Source: Basidiobolus meristosporus CBS 931.73 (taxonomy: Eukaryota > Fungi > Basidiobolomycota). Taken from it: 64,000 nt of DNA. Location: contig MCFE01000071.1 of NCBI GenBank assembly GCA_002104905.1, positions 122,329-186,328 on the forward strand, given 5' to 3'. Position 1 is the stretch's first letter. Each line of letters begins with the position of its first letter. The position numbers were made by a program, and so were the translations under genes. The notes under the pieces were generated by a model, which was not told the origin of the DNA, ran no database searches, and saw only the letters and a program-made list of their open reading frames with translations. This document shows, one piece after another, positions 47,563 to 60,914 of this stretch.

Positions 47563-48272
47563 CTAGGGCTTCGGCTCCGATGCCTCAATCGCTTTGAGAA
47601 CCAATCCAGCATCATCGTATACCAACGTACTATTCTTCCAAGTGTTATACTTCAGCCCAATGGCTTTGTTGCGTTCGTACTCCCGTTCAATGTCCTCTAT
47701 GCTACCTTTCCAGTCCTTATACAGCTGAAGATTTTGTCGGCCCATTAAGCGCATACTCTTCACACGTAGGTCGTTTCCACTCTATTAGCCGGATTAAAAC
47801 GCATGCTCTGCTAGAACAACGCAACACTGATACTAACCCATTGTGGGAGTAAGGCTTCTGAAATTTCACGGAAGTGGCCAATGCCATATTGCTGTATTCC
47901 CTGAATAAGCAGGTTACGCTCAGTTTCTGTCCACTTGCGCTCTGGCTCTGCTTCAAGTTTGGCACCCTTGGGAGGAAGGAAATATCTGATAAAAATCATT
48001 AGCATGCGGTGGACTCGAAGAGGAAATGAATACCAATACTCTTGATTAAGCATCCCGTCTTCGTGGATGATGTTTTTCGTCACTTCAAACTCCGGTCGCA
48101 CGCAAAATTGCAGCCTCATGTTCTTTATCCATTCTTGACGTTCGAGCAATTCTTTTGAAATTTCGGGAGTTTCGGGCTGTTCTGCAGTTTCTTTAGCAAC
48201 GCTGCTGTCGTTCTGATCAACCTCCATGAGTTCTGTGTCGGATTTCATGTCCCGTTCTGCTGCTGTCATCAT
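47563..48272 (-). CDS. Probable p2 (helix-turn-helix/Myb-like) subunit of the MTA1c DNA N6-adenine methyltransferase complex
   Basis: Spliced: WIKNMR...IHEDGMLNQE|YFLPPKG...KWTETERNLLIQGIQQYGIGHFREI...W|SSNDLRVKSMRLMGRQNLQLYKDWKGSIEDIEREYERNKAIG. This parallels the recalled ciliate p2 pattern KNMR...EDG.LN..YFL.KKG..WT......L..GI..FG.G...EI. Confidence 0.7.
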
Positions 48273-48845
48273 TATGAGGCGGTGGCAACTTCTACAGGCT
48301 GTTTACGATCAAAATCATAACTTATGATGCAATTAAGAAGAAAATAAACAATCAACACAAGCGATCGAATTAGCCCAATAGCCATCGAGGAGCAATCAGA
48401 TATATTAATGCATCGGATTGTATTGACAAACATATCAGCAATATATTCATTCCATCAGCTGACTGACCATTTGCTGCAAGGCCTAGCTATAAATGGTCGG
48501 CCCTCAACCCTAACCCTCAGTTGTAAGATGCTCACCACCAGTATTGCTTTTTCTTTTTTTCTAATTATTGATTGTAGCACTTTGTTTTTTTTCTCTTGAA
48601 GGCATCGTACTAGCGATGATTGGTTGGTTAGTATAGTCCTGAATGTTAAATTCTTTTTTTTCGCCGGAATCATCCTTGCTCCACAGCGTTGACCGGTTGG
48701 ATTTTACCATTCATTACGAACGCCGGTCTTGTCCTTACTTTCCTTTTACGTTCTTTATATTTTTATTAATTGGTAAGTTATGTGCTATGTTTATGAGACG
48801 ACTGAGGCTCAAGGGAAACTAATTATCCAACCTTGTTAGTTCATA

Positions 48846-51800
48846 ATGACCACTAGCGTTAGTCCCGATATCATCAGCCAGTTGGTCGAGCTCCTCAAGA
48901 GTCTCGTATCTAACGATAACATGCTGCGTTCTCACGCAGAAGATCACCTGAACACTTTCTGGGCTACTCAACAACCTGATATGCTGTTGCAAGCACTTGT
49001 TCAGCTCATCCGCACTAGTGATGACGTTCACGTATGTTTAAAGAACTCCAGCCAATATAGCTCTGTTGCCTCGTAGACTTACATATGTCATATTCAACCA
49101 TATTAGCTTCGTTCTTTCTCTGCTGTACTTCTTCGTCGTCTTTCATTCAAGTCCCTTCCTAACCAAAGCTCCAACGACAACATGGTTTCTCCTTGGGATA
49201 TTGTGCAACCTGAGACCCGTGATATTACCAAAAAGGAGCTTTTACAATCTCTGTCTTCTGAGACTGATGTTACAGTTCGCCACAAGCTCTGCGATACTAT
49301 CGCTGAAGTTGTCAAAGGTTCTCTCTCCAGAGGAGAACAATGGAGCGAAATTCTTCCTGCACTCTTTGAGTGCAGCAAGTCCCCCTCTCCTGATCACAGG
49401 GAAGCCGCTTATCGTATCTTCGCTGCTGTCCCATATTTGATTGCCGATCAGCACACCGATGGACTCAAGGGTGCTTTCACTACCGGTCTTCAAGATCCCC
49501 AGAGTGTCGGCGTACGCGTCGCTGCCTTGAAAGCCTCTGTTTCTTACATGCTTGAGACCGATGCCCAGTCCAAGAACGCCCTGGGATCTCTCATGCCTCA
49601 GATGTTGAGCGTCCTTGAGCCCTTGTACACTCAAAAGGACGAGTCCAACCTGACAGACGCCCTCAGTGTTCTTATCGAATTGGGTGAAAGCCATACTAAG
49701 CCTTTCAGACCCGTCATGCCTCAATTGCTTAATTTCATGGTTCAAATCATGAAAGATAGCAGCTTGGAGGACAGCACTCGTCAAACCGCCCTCGAGTTGC
49801 TTTTGACTCTTGCCGAGACTGCTCCTGGTATGTGCAGAAAGACTCCCAACTTCTGCAGCATGATCATCCCTGTTGCTTTGGAGATGATGACTGAGCTCGA
49901 AGATGATCAGGACTGGTATAACACTGATGATCTTGACGATGAGGATAACGATGAGAATTATGTTATCGGTGAGCACGCCATGGACAGACTTGCTCGTTAC
50001 CTCGGTGGTAAGCAAGTTCTCCCAGTATCTTTCCAGTTCATCCCTCCCATGCTTGGTTCTGACAAGTGGGAGCAACGTCATGCTGCGCTTATGGCCATCT
50101 CGGCTATTGGTGAGGGTTGTGCCAAGATTATGGAGGCTGAGTTGGACAAAGTTATCAACCTAGTCATCCCTTATCTTCGTGATCAACACCCCAGAGTTCG
50201 CTATGCTGCCTGCAATGCCATCGGTCAAATGTCCACTGACTTTGCCAACACTCTCCAAAAGAAGTTCCACGAGCCTATTTTGTCCAACTTGGTTCCAGTT
50301 ATGGATGACACTTCCTGCCCTAGAGTTCAGGCCCATGCTGCCGCCGCTATGGTCAATTTCTGTGAAGCTGCCACCAAGAAGGTCTTAGAGCCCTATCTCG
50401 ATACCATTTTCGAAAGACTCTTGACTCTTCTTCACTCCAGCAAAACCTACGTTCAAGAGCAGGCCATCACCACTATCGCCACTGTTGCTGACAGTGCCGA
50501 GGACAGATTTGTTAAATATTACTCTGCCATTATGCCCCTCCTCATCAATGTTCTTCGCCAAGCTACTCAAAAGGAGTACAGACTCCTTAGAGGAAAGGCC
50601 ATGGAGTGTGCCAGTTTGATCGCCTTGGCTGTTGGCAAGGAGGCCTTTGCTCCCAACGCACCCGAGTTTATTGACTTGTTGGTGAAGACCCAAGAATCAG
50701 TCACTGAGGCTGATGACCCACAAATCTCTTACCTTTTGGCTGCATGGGCCAGAGTCTGCAAGGTTCTTGGCCAGGACTTCATCCCTTACTTGCCAGTCGT
50801 CATGCCTCCTCTTCTTCAGTCAGCCCAACTCAAGCCCGACTTTGCTGTGTTGGACCAAGAGGATGACATCGAGTCTCAATACTCTCCTGAAGATGGTTGG
50901 GAGTTTGTTGGTGTCAATGGACAACAAATTGGTATCAAGACTACTGTGCTTGAGGAGAAGTGTACCGCTGTCGAAATGTTCATCTGCTACTCTCGTGAGC
51001 TTGGTGCTGGATTCTCTCCCTACACCGAGAAGGTGTTGGAGATTGTCTTGCCCTTGCTTAGATTCTACTTCCACGATGGTGTTCGTCAAGCTGCTGCTGC
51101 TACTATTCCACAGCTTTTGAACTGCGCCAAGCTCGCTCAGCCCAACTCCGAGTACGTTGCCAAGATGTGGCAATTGGTCTCTCAAAAGATCACCGAAGCC
51201 ATTTTGAATGAGAGCGATCCCGGATATTTGATCCAATTATTCATTGCTTACTACGAGTCACTCGAGACTCTTGGTAACAATTGCATGGATGTCTCTCAAA
51301 TGGAAGTTTTCACCAAGGCTACTGTCTCACAGCTTGAGGAATACAAGAACCGTCTTGAAGCCAGAGAGCAAAGCAAGCATGGTGAGGATTACGATCCTGA
51401 GGATGAGGAAATCATTTTGGAGGAAGAGGCCACTGAGGAGGCTATGCTCGGCGAGTTGTCCAAGGCTATTCATACTGTTCTTAAAACTCATGGTACCGCT
51501 TACCTGCCTTACTTCGAGCAGCTCCTACCTCTCACCACTCAGTTCCTCACTCTTAACCACCCTGGTACCAAGCAATGGGCTATCTGTATCTTCGATGACT
51601 TGGTCGAGTTCACTGGACCTACCTCATTCAGATATCAGGGCCACTTCTTGCAAGCCATGGTTCAAGCCTTGTTGGATACTGGTGCTGATGTCAGACAAGC
51701 TGCTGCCTACGGTATTGGTATGTGCGCCCAATTTGGCGGTGCCGATTACGCTGATGCCTGTTTCGCTGCCATCAACCCACTCTTCCAGTTGATCAATGCA

Positions 51801-52220
51801 CCAAATGCTCGTGATTCCGAGAATGTGTACGTTACCGAGAACGCCATCTCGGCTGTTGCCAAGGTCTGCAAGTACAACAGCAGCAAGTTCGATGTGAACA
51901 CCGTCCTTCCTGCTTGGTTCGCTGCTCTGCCAATCGAGAACGATGAAGAGGAAGCCCCACATGTTTACACCTACCTTTTGGACCTTTTGGATGCCCATCA
52001 TCCTGCCATTTTGGGGGCTAACAACGAAAACATCCCCAAGTTGGTCACCATCTTTACCGACACATTGGTCGCGGCCATTCTCTCTACTGAGCTCGCCGCT
52101 CGTATGGTCAACTCGCTCAAGGCAGTCCTTGGCGGATTGAGCGACGATATGAGAAACAACTTGTGGAACTCCATTGATGTTCAAAAGAGAAAGGCGTTGA
52201 ATGACATGGGTTATTTGTAA
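48846..52220 (+). CDS. PSE1: Importin-5/karyopherin beta-3 (Pse1/Kap121)
   Basis: HEAT-repeat protein with W..RHAALMAISAIGEGC, HPRVRYAACNAIGQMSTDF, RVQAHAAAAMVNF, LRGKAMECASLIALAVGKE and VRQAAAYGIG; one 5' intron. Confidence 0.95.
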
Positions 52221-53052
52221 AGTTTTCGATGTTTTTTATCCCAACTTGCATCCCTAATCCATTCCCTCACCACCTCCGCGCTTATTAGCAGCATTGCTTC
52301 TGTTTGAATACATTATACACACCCCGCCCCTTTCCCGCTTGCCTTATGTATGAAACTTATCTAATAATCACCCACTTGACATTTCCTCAACACCCCCCTC
52401 ACCTAGAATTCACCAATCAGTCGCAACTGCTTCAATATACTCGAGTTAAATTGACCCTTCTCTTTGAGGCATGGATCAACTGGTCCTAATGGGAATATTT
52501 CTGGTTCTTGATTTCTTTTATTGTTGCACAAGTGATCAATTATTCCATTCCACTTTGGATTTGGCATCTATCAAAGCGTTCGTCCCCTGGTTAAATGCTA
52601 GCTTATCGGTTGTTTCGAGTTCAGGATTCGCACGCTCTTTACCCATAGTGATTGGTAAAGTGCTGGCATGCTATGAATGAGCACGGTTGTGTTTGGATTC
52701 ACCCAGGGTTTATCCCGACAAATGGCCAAGTGTATGCAGGCATGAGATCGAATTACGTACGTACACACGCTTCGACAAACAGCCTCGTTACTGAGCATCA
52801 TCAATAATTCCACCTCTACTGTGTGACTTTCAATGCCAACTGCCCAGCTGGCCAATCAGTGACGAGTTGTCCGTTTGAATTGCCGAGCCATCAGGAATGC
52901 ACAGTCACTCCACTTTTTCCCATACTCTGGAGTATTTCACCTGTCGATGAGCGTATATATAGAGGCTTGAGGAGTAACAGGTTGAATTATCATCCGCCCT
53001 CCACCAAGTGAGCCAACCTCCCCTATTTTTTTACATCCACTTAGCTAACGAC

Positions 53053-54848
53053 ATGGTGTTCATTTCCAAAACTGCTTCCCTTGGGTAAGTTGATCGTAGC
53101 ACCGCAACATGGACGACCCCTCTAACGTCTCTGTTCCCGAAGTCTGCGTCAGGTCAATGGGGTAGGTAGGCTCTCGGCAGCAACGCTCTTGAGGAAGCTG
53201 TCCACCGGTACAGAGCCCACTACAAAGATGTACATCAACGGTGAGTTTATCGAGTCTCAGACCAAGGAGTGGATCGAGCTCAGAAACCCTGCCACTCAGG
53301 AGATTGTCTCTCGGGTCCCACAATCTACTCCGGAAGAGTTGAAGGAGGCATCCCGCGTTGCCCAGGACGCGTTCAAGACCTGGAAGAAAACCTCCCTCCT
53401 GTCAAGACAAAGGAAGCTCCTAGATCTTCAATTGGCCATTCGGGAAAATATGGTAGAGTTGGATAGAGGCTGCAATCGTTCGGGACACCTGCACTAACCG
53501 TCAATGGGATACCACCTCTTATGTAGGATCGTATTGCCACCTCCATTGTTACTGAGCAAGGGAAGACCTTCAAGGATGCTCAGGGAGACGTTCTCAGAGG
53601 ACTACGTAAGTTACATATATCCTTATTTGCTATGGCGCGTTTGCTTATATTGACGTCTCAAAACGCGTTGCAGAGGTTGTTGAACACGCGTGTGGTATAA
53701 CTGACTATATGAAGGGCGAATTGCTAAATGTTTCCAAAGATATGGATACATACACTATCAAGGAGCCTCTGGGAGTGACTGCAGGTATCGCTCCCTTTAA
53801 TTTCCCAGCGATGATCCCACTTTGGATGTTCCCACTCTCCATCGCTTGCGGCAACACATGCATCATCAAGCCTTCTGAACGGGATCCCGGTGCCATGATG
53901 ATCTTAGCCGAGCTGGCTGAGCAGGTTGGTATCCCCAAGGGTGTTCTAAACGTCGTTCACGGTAGCGTCGACACTGTCAACTTCCTCTGCGATGACCCCA
54001 ACATCAAGGCGATTAGCTTTGTTGGCTCGGACCACGCAGGAAAATACATCTACAACCGCGGTAGTGCCAACGGAAAAAGGGTTCAAGCCAACCTGGGTGC
54101 CAAGAACCACGGTGTGATCATGCCTGACGCTGACAAGAACCATGTGTTGAATCAACTTACAGGTGCGGCGTTTGGGGCTGCTGGTCAACGATGCATGGCG
54201 CTCTCTACCGCCATCTTTGTTGGTAAATCCAAGGAGTGGTTGCCTGAATTGGTCGAACGTGCCCAAAAGCTAAAGGTTACTGGTGGGTTTGAGCCAGATG
54301 CTGACCTCGGGCCCCTTATCACAGTTCAAGCCAAGGAGCGCGTTGAATCCTTAATCCAATCCGGTGTGGATGAAGGAGCCAACTTGGTTCTCGATGGTCG
54401 TGGTATCCGGGTTCCCAAGTATGAAAACGGAAACTTCGTAGGACCTACCATTCTATCCGATGTCAAGACCAACATGAGATGCTACAAAGAAGAGATATTC
54501 GGGCCAGTTCTGGTGTGTTTGAATGTCGATACTACTGAGGAGGCCATAGATATTATCAACAAAAATCCCTATGGCAACGGTACCGCCATCTTCACTAGAT
54601 CCGGGTCTGTGGCACGCTTGTTCCAAGAGGAAATCGACGTTGGTCAGGTTGGTATCAATGTACCAATCCCTGTCCCCCTGCCTATGTTCTCCTTCACCGG
54701 ATCACGTGGGTCGATTATTGGGGATCTGAACTTCTACGGTAAGAGCGGTCTTCAATTCTATACCTCCATCAAGACCGTTACTTCGTTGTGGCGCTCGGAG
54801 GATGCCGAGGCCGGGTTGAGTAGCGTAAACATGCCCACAATGAACTAA
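53053..54848 (+). CDS. ALDH6A1: Methylmalonate-semialdehyde dehydrogenase (ALDH6 family), mitochondrial
   Basis: [10 protein letters not shown]...[63 protein letters not shown] and FSFTGSRGS; the N-terminal presequence is split by an intron. Confidence 0.95.
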
Positions 54849-54958
54849 ATGCTTTGCACGCTCTAAAGAATGCACCTTCACTCATCTCAAAATTCGCCGC
54901 ACAATGGCTTCAGAAAAATAAAGTGAATTCCCCTCCTAGTTTATTATGCCAGGACAAA

Positions 54959-56260
54959 TCATAAGCTAGGTACATAGGCGAGGAAAGGGACATATAAGAG
55001 GAGTAAAGACATCAAATCGAAGGTATTTTTGGTCGAGATATTAGGGCTGGGCACACTTGCGGTGCGACTTGGACTTGCAGGTAGAATGGCAATTCCGATG
55101 GATGGTGCGGTGGTGCTGCTGACCACATTAGATACAGTTGGCGGCGGAACGGTGCCATTCTTGGTGGATCTACATTGGATATCTACCCAGTCGATATACA
55201 TTTTGTACAAGGTTTTGGGGTCCGACCAATTTGTCCGACCACCTGCCCACAACATGGTTCCTTCCGGTCCTTGCCCACCATCCCACAAGCTAAATTGGAT
55301 TCTTTGAGGCCTGTTTGGATACTTGAATTTCTGGAGTTGAGCATCCCAGGTATCATTGCGTTTGAGAACCCGGAGCTCTTGGCCATCAATCAACCACCTA
55401 GAGGGCTCATTCCATCAATACACCTGACATTTGCCCATATGTAGGGAATGCTCCTACCTCAGAGAGTCTGGCTGCCAATCGATCGTATAGGTGTGGTAGT
55501 TTTCCGAGGTATCCGAGTCGATCACCGTGAACCGAGCATTCGTGTAGTTCAACATGTTGTTGTAATAGAAATTCTGCTGGACCTCATAAGGGTTCTTCCC
55601 GACCCACTCAAAATCAATCTCGTCCCCAAACAGATTTCTTGTCTGCAACGAAGCGGGTTAGAACCATGGACCTATGCATAGGGAGCCGTACAACGTACAA
55701 TAAAAGAGGACACCACTCCCACCGAGGTCGATGCAGTTTTGATACGAGCAGTGATTGTACCGTATTCAATCCACCTGCGGATGGTAATGGCTGGTTAGCG
55801 GTGACACGGTTTACAGTTCACAATGACCCATCCTTTACCGTACAGAGGAGACGGTTGCACCAAAGCCCTGGTGTCTACCGAATTCGTTTTTATCCTGGGA
55901 AAGACTCATACTTAGTACCAAGTTTCCATCCTCAACCTGGGTGTTATCGGGCAGAAAATCCGAGGTCCAATCCGCCAGACTCGGGTCTCCAGTAAAGTTG
56001 TTTATCCGAGCAATCTTTGGCGCGAGAAAGTCCTCGCGGAAACTGACGCAGGTCGGTTTTGGCTGACAGGACTGCGCGGAAAAGCTATTCTCCGGCTCAC
56101 ATCCAGCGCCGCAAGACTTCAGGTCATTGCTGCACCATCCTTCGAAGCAACAAGGAGCACTCTGAGGACACGGTGCCCCAAAGTTTTTGCATATACCGCC
56201 GAAACTTAGCGGGATACTAGATAGTGCCCACAGCACCCCTAGGTATTTGACTTCAAACAT
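54959..56260 (-). CDS. GH16 Crh/Utr2-type chitin transglycosylase with N-terminal Cys-rich module and probable GPI tail
   Basis: Signal peptide, CPQSAPCCFEGWC...CGAGC, catalytic DEIDFEWVG, YHTYTIDW, IQFSLWDGG, S/T-rich stretch and hydrophobic C-terminus. Confidence 0.92.
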
Positions 56261-56656
56261 CTATCGCGCGCTCAGGTTAGCCTGCTTCACATCACATATA
56301 TCGGTATCACTCACCATCCAAAATCAGGGGAATCAGCTTCTGGGGATTGTATAAACGAGTATCTTTGATATACCGAAGGGGTGGAGTGAGCTTATATAAA
56401 TGTGAATGAGTATTTCCCCGTGTTTCCGTTGAGCCGGAGCATTTCTCAGTTTCGTAAAATGGGCCATTTCGAAGCGAAGTGTCGCAAAAGAGAATGAAGC
56501 GCACGGGGTTTTCCGACGATTAATTTACCGAAGATTTTGTCGTCCACAACACTGCAACATTTATTTTCGCACTTATTTTCGCACTTCAGCTATACAGTAG
56601 AGTGAATCAAGGTTTTTTTGGGTGGGTATATCAGAGACTGCTATGCTTTGTCACGC

Positions 56657-59002
56657 TTATTGAATTTCAATGTCTCGAAGGTTACCGATGCTGGGTTGGT
56701 AAGCTAATCGGGACATTTCAGCCACCAAGGTGGGAGTAGAAGGACGGGAGGGCTCCCGTTGTCGCACCGGATGGTCCCTTTCTAACAACAATATACGCTG
56801 CTCCATAGCTGCGACATATTGGCATGCATTCTGCATCTCGGCCTCCTTTAAGGAGATTGAGTGTTGGAACTCTTTCTCTTTCAGTTCTGCATACTCCTCT
56901 TGTTGACGTAGGGCAGTTGCCAAAGTAGAGAACTTCGAAGAGAGTTGAGCAGATTCATTCTTGACACACTCCAAGGTCTGGGAAAGGTGATGATTCTCTT
57001 CACGTAGTGCATCAATCAACCTAAGGAGCTCAGCTTGTCCAAGCTGGTCTACATCCCCATCCACCTTGGCATAAGGGGTTTCAGTGGACTTGGTTGGCTC
57101 CATATCCACTGCGATCTTGACATCGCTAGGAGTGTGAGGCATGGAATCCGCTGGAACAGTCTCAGTATCATTATCAACATCTAATGCTGGGAGGGCCTCG
57201 ATAATCGGACTGGCAGCTAGCACCTTGGCCAAGTTGATCTCGGTGAGGTTTGGCGCTTCCTCGTTAGTAGGACTGGCGATCTGAGAGACCTTTCTACTCC
57301 GGCACTTCTTCTTGACTTCGGAAGTATCACTTGGCTCCTCCTCGAATTGTTCCAGTAGCCATTTTTCCTTGTGGGCGGCCACGCGATCCTCGATTTGTCT
57401 TAGCCCCTCCCTAAGAAACAGTTTTCCAAGAACAGAGCCCAGGACAAATCTGCCCACATTGACACCACGAACAAATTCCTGCCATAGATTCTCCTTTTCA
57501 AGAATGACTTCTCTTATCGTTGGATCACGCTTTCTCAAGATTTCCGCCCCGGCCGCATGTTCGCAATCTTCAATAGCTGTCATCCGTTCCTTTAGGGTAG
57601 CAAGTAGAATTTCGGCCAGTTCATGCGAGGTGACCAGTGCCTGAAGGCTCGAAAGAGACCAAGAACGGATGGATGAAGATAACGACTCTAAGCGCTTAAT
57701 GCGTTTCTTGAAATCCTTGTTCGCCGCCTTCTCCAGACGTCCTTGGGTCGTGGGTTGAGATTCCGTGCTCCATACGAGCTTTGTCGCATCTATCTCCGAA
57801 TCTAGCTCCAGCAATCGAGCCTTGAATTCCTCCTCAAGCTTTTTTAATCCGGAATTCACACCAGCAATAAAGGGCTCCAGCTGGACTGGCTTGTGTTGAC
57901 TCGCCTTACTGGTGCAAATCGGGTCTAGACGTTCTAAGAAGCGGTGAACGCTGCTGACCTGGGGCTCGAGGAATTCTTGGCGCCACAGGTTACAGCCATC
58001 ACGCATTTGACCTAGGAAAGTATAAAAGGAGGCATCCACATCGTCCGAGTTCGACCCTCTTGAGAAGAAACGTTTCCCTTTTTTCTTATGGCGCTCCACC
58101 ACTGTGGACCAAAATTCGTTAAATCCGACCAATTTATCCCGATGGTGGTCGTTGAATTGAGCCATTTTCTTCGAGCATCCCTCACCAACGGCCTGGATTC
58201 GGGCAGCCTCAAGCCCCTTCATCTCTTCGAGAAAGGCTGGCACTGGCTGCCAGAGCGAACCTGAGGTTTCCTCCAACTCTTGACTACATTCCTTGAAAAC
58301 CCTCTCGAGGCTTTCATTCACGGAACGACGAGACGTCTCAAGGTCAGCATAGGTGGCATCATCTGGTCGAGTATGAAAGCAGTCAGGGGTGATATGAGAG
58401 ATGATGACATTTTGGGTGATCGAACGCAGGAGGGTGAAGTCTTTCTCTTGGAGCAGTAGGTAGGATCGATCGGCTTCGGTTCTATCCAGAATATGAATGG
58501 GCCCCTCGGCTGCTTCAGCCAATGGCACATAATCGGGGGAGGTATCGAAGCTGATGGGCGAAAAAAGGTCATTGATCGTCTTCAACGTGGATGGCGCGCT
58601 TTGCAGCCATTCTTCTACCACGATAGTGACGTTGGCGAATGAATCCTTCTCGCTAGCCTGGTTGGTATGGACTTGCTGCATCAGCTTCTCGCAGAAGACG
58701 TCAGCGCTCTCGCGTGGAGTTGGCTGTGGATACGCCACGGTAAGTAGAGATTCCTTTCGAATGCGAGAGGCAGAGGGGAAGTGTTTGCGCTGCAAGAGTT
58801 GGCCCCATTCGCGGCAATAAAGGCAGCTGAGCCCGTCGCATGCGCGGAACTTGTTAATTTCCTTCGTGACGTTGGACGGCTCGATCCGAAGGCTCGTGAT
58901 TGGCTTGTGGGTTTCTTTTTGAGGGACATTAGGCTTGGGGCGTAGCGATAGCAATTTGTTCACAATAGCGGCGGCTTTTAAAGGGGTATCGTTGGTGGCC
59001 AT
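56657..59002 (-). CDS. 781-aa uncharacterised protein, largely helical/coiled-coil
   Basis: Long uninterrupted ORF with normal codon texture. No family was recognised. Confidence 0.8.
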   Translation of the reverse strand: MATNDTPLKAAAIVNKLLSLRPKPNVPQKETHKPITSLRIEPSNVTKEINKFRACDGLSCLYCREWGQLLQRKHFPSASRIRKESLLTVAYPQPTPRESADVFCEKLMQQVHTNQASEKDSFANVTIVVEEWLQSAPSTLKTINDLFSPISFDTSPDYVPLAEAAEGPIHILDRTEADRSYLLLQEKDFTLLRSITQNVIISHITPDCFHTRPDDATYADLETSRRSVNESLERVFKECSQELEETSGSLWQPVPAFLEEMKGLEAARIQAVGEGCSKKMAQFNDHHRDKLVGFNEFWSTVVERHKKKGKRFFSRGSNSDDVDASFYTFLGQMRDGCNLWRQEFLEPQVSSVHRFLERLDPICTSKASQHKPVQLEPFIAGVNSGLKKLEEEFKARLLELDSEIDATKLVWSTESQPTTQGRLEKAANKDFKKRIKRLESLSSSIRSWSLSSLQALVTSHELAEILLATLKERMTAIEDCEHAAGAEILRKRDPTIREVILEKENLWQEFVRGVNVGRFVLGSVLGKLFLREGLRQIEDRVAAHKEKWLLEQFEEEPSDTSEVKKKCRSRKVSQIASPTNEEAPNLTEINLAKVLAASPIIEALPALDVDNDTETVPADSMPHTPSDVKIAVDMEPTKSTETPYAKVDGDVDQLGQAELLRLIDALREENHHLSQTLECVKNESAQLSSKFSTLATALRQQEEYAELKEKEFQHSISLKEAEMQNACQYVAAMEQRILLLERDHPVRQREPSRPSTPTLVAEMSRLAYQPSIGNLRDIEIQ

Positions 59003-59361
59003 CTCTCAACTAACGTTGATAGTAAACGCGGAAAATTGTGCGTGTCTATTAACACTGTGGCAGACTATTTATACAAATTGCTCAGATGTGGCCAACAATA
59101 CACTTGGCTGTGCTTTCAGTGGCCATGAGCTTGGTTAGTTTGCAAGCTGGAGATTGCATCGCAGAGAGCTTGCGCATGAACCAAGTGCACATATTACCAA
59201 CAAATTAAGGTTGACAGATTGGATATTGAATGCATCCAAAAACGTGGCATTAATTATATGCTTGACAGTGTGATTTATTCTATCTGAGGGGAAATCCTAC
59301 ACAGCATATATTGAGATGGCATGATGATCTATAACTAGAGCGAGAAGCCCGCCCATACTTG

Positions 59362-60685
59362 TCAATGATGCCGACGTCTTGCCTGAGAAAAATCAGTTCC
59401 ACGCTATTCACAGCAATCTTTGTAATGTGCCTACCTGGTAGAGTCCAGTGTAATAACCAGAATAATACCACGCCATTAGTAGATTAGCCAGCTCCTCATC
59501 CTCTGATGAATCCCAAATTTAGCCTATGTTTGGTCAACGATGCACAACCACTATACCTGTCAGTCCTGGCACAGGGGGCGGCGGCGGCGGTGGCTACAAA
59601 GTGGAAATATATTATTAATTACATATATTAATTCCTGCTGCTTGTAAGAATCTTCAAGATACCATTCCCCAGCTTTGTCCAGCCTGTGTATGATTTGTCA
59701 TCTGCAAAGGTAGATTAATACTAGCTTGCTAAAGTAGATTTGCTGAATACAAACTACATTTGGTTGAGGAGGATGCTGAGGTACTGTTGAATACGCATTA
59801 TAAGCTGGATAGGATGAGTATGCTCCAGCTTGTGGTGGTTGCTGTTGGTGGTAGGGGTCTACCGAATGGTCATAGTATCCATAATAGTTTCCATAGTACT
59901 CTGCAGTTGCTTGGGATTCCTGAGCGACGTCGATGAGCACAAACACAAAACCAATATCTATATCCAATTTACCAACCTCCACTTCTACTGCCGATGGTTT
60001 CGGAGGGGTGGCTTTCTTGGTTGTATTTCGAACTAGTCAATCGTTAGGGCGGAGTTGTAGACAAGTCTGAATAGGTCCAATTACTTTTTTCGGCGGGAGT
60101 GGAGGCCTTTTTTGTTGTCTGCAAACCTAGCTGAGCCAAGGGAATTGTGGTACGCTGACGTGTTTAGCTTACCTTGGAAGTGGAAGTTGCCTTAGTCTCC
60201 TTTTCTACTTGTCTAAGGAAGAAATCAATCGACTAGCTAAGCACTCGTAAACCATTCACCCGTACCTTACGCTACCACGCTCAATCGATTTCTTGGCCTC
60301 GGTACTATGATACAACTTTGGGGGCGGTTAGAAACGGAGGGGGAAAAGGGTGCTAATAACCGTACTTCGTATTCTTCAACTGCTGCATCCCACGCAGAAA
60401 TTAGGGCACTATCGTCCCATACGTCTTCGTTCGCCGCCTTAATACTTGTTATTGCTGAACTATCGGCCATCGACTTCGATAACAAAAATGTGCTCCTTCT
60501 ACCTTGTTTTTTCTTCTATCAAATACCACCTGGCATTGCGACTCAGCAGGTGAAGAGCTCTCTTCTGGTTCCTCCTCCGGATCTAACTCCTCCTCTTCCT
60601 CAATCTCGAGTTCCTCCTCACCTGACTCGTTCAATTCCTCCCCGTAGTCAAACGCTTCAGTCTCTGGCTTGTTCGACCTTGCCAT
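59362..60685 (-). CDS. SMN1: Survival motor neuron (SMN)-like protein, multi-exon
   Basis: EDVWDDSALISAWDAAVEEY (Gemin2-binding) and EELANLLMAWYYSGYYTGLYQ (YG box). Confidence 0.9.
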
Positions 60686-60914
60686 AACTATAATAAGATA
60701 CTCTGGCAAAGTTCAACCAAAATAAATCAAGTAGATGTCAACATTGGCTGTTCATGCCGAGTCCATATCATGCTTAAACTCGGTTCAATATCTGATTACC
60801 AAAAATCTGAATCTTCAGCCCCTAACCCTAAATCCTGCTTACGTGGGGATTTTTAAAAGCCAACATTCATTTGCCCTGCTTCGTTACGATAGACACCATA
60901 TAGTATTCTTTATA

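Noticed and set aside
45992-52184. Long antisense ORFs over hexokinase and importin-5 (up to 279 aa)
   Set aside because: Typical shadow ORFs from biased codon usage in highly expressed genes; no recognisable motifs.
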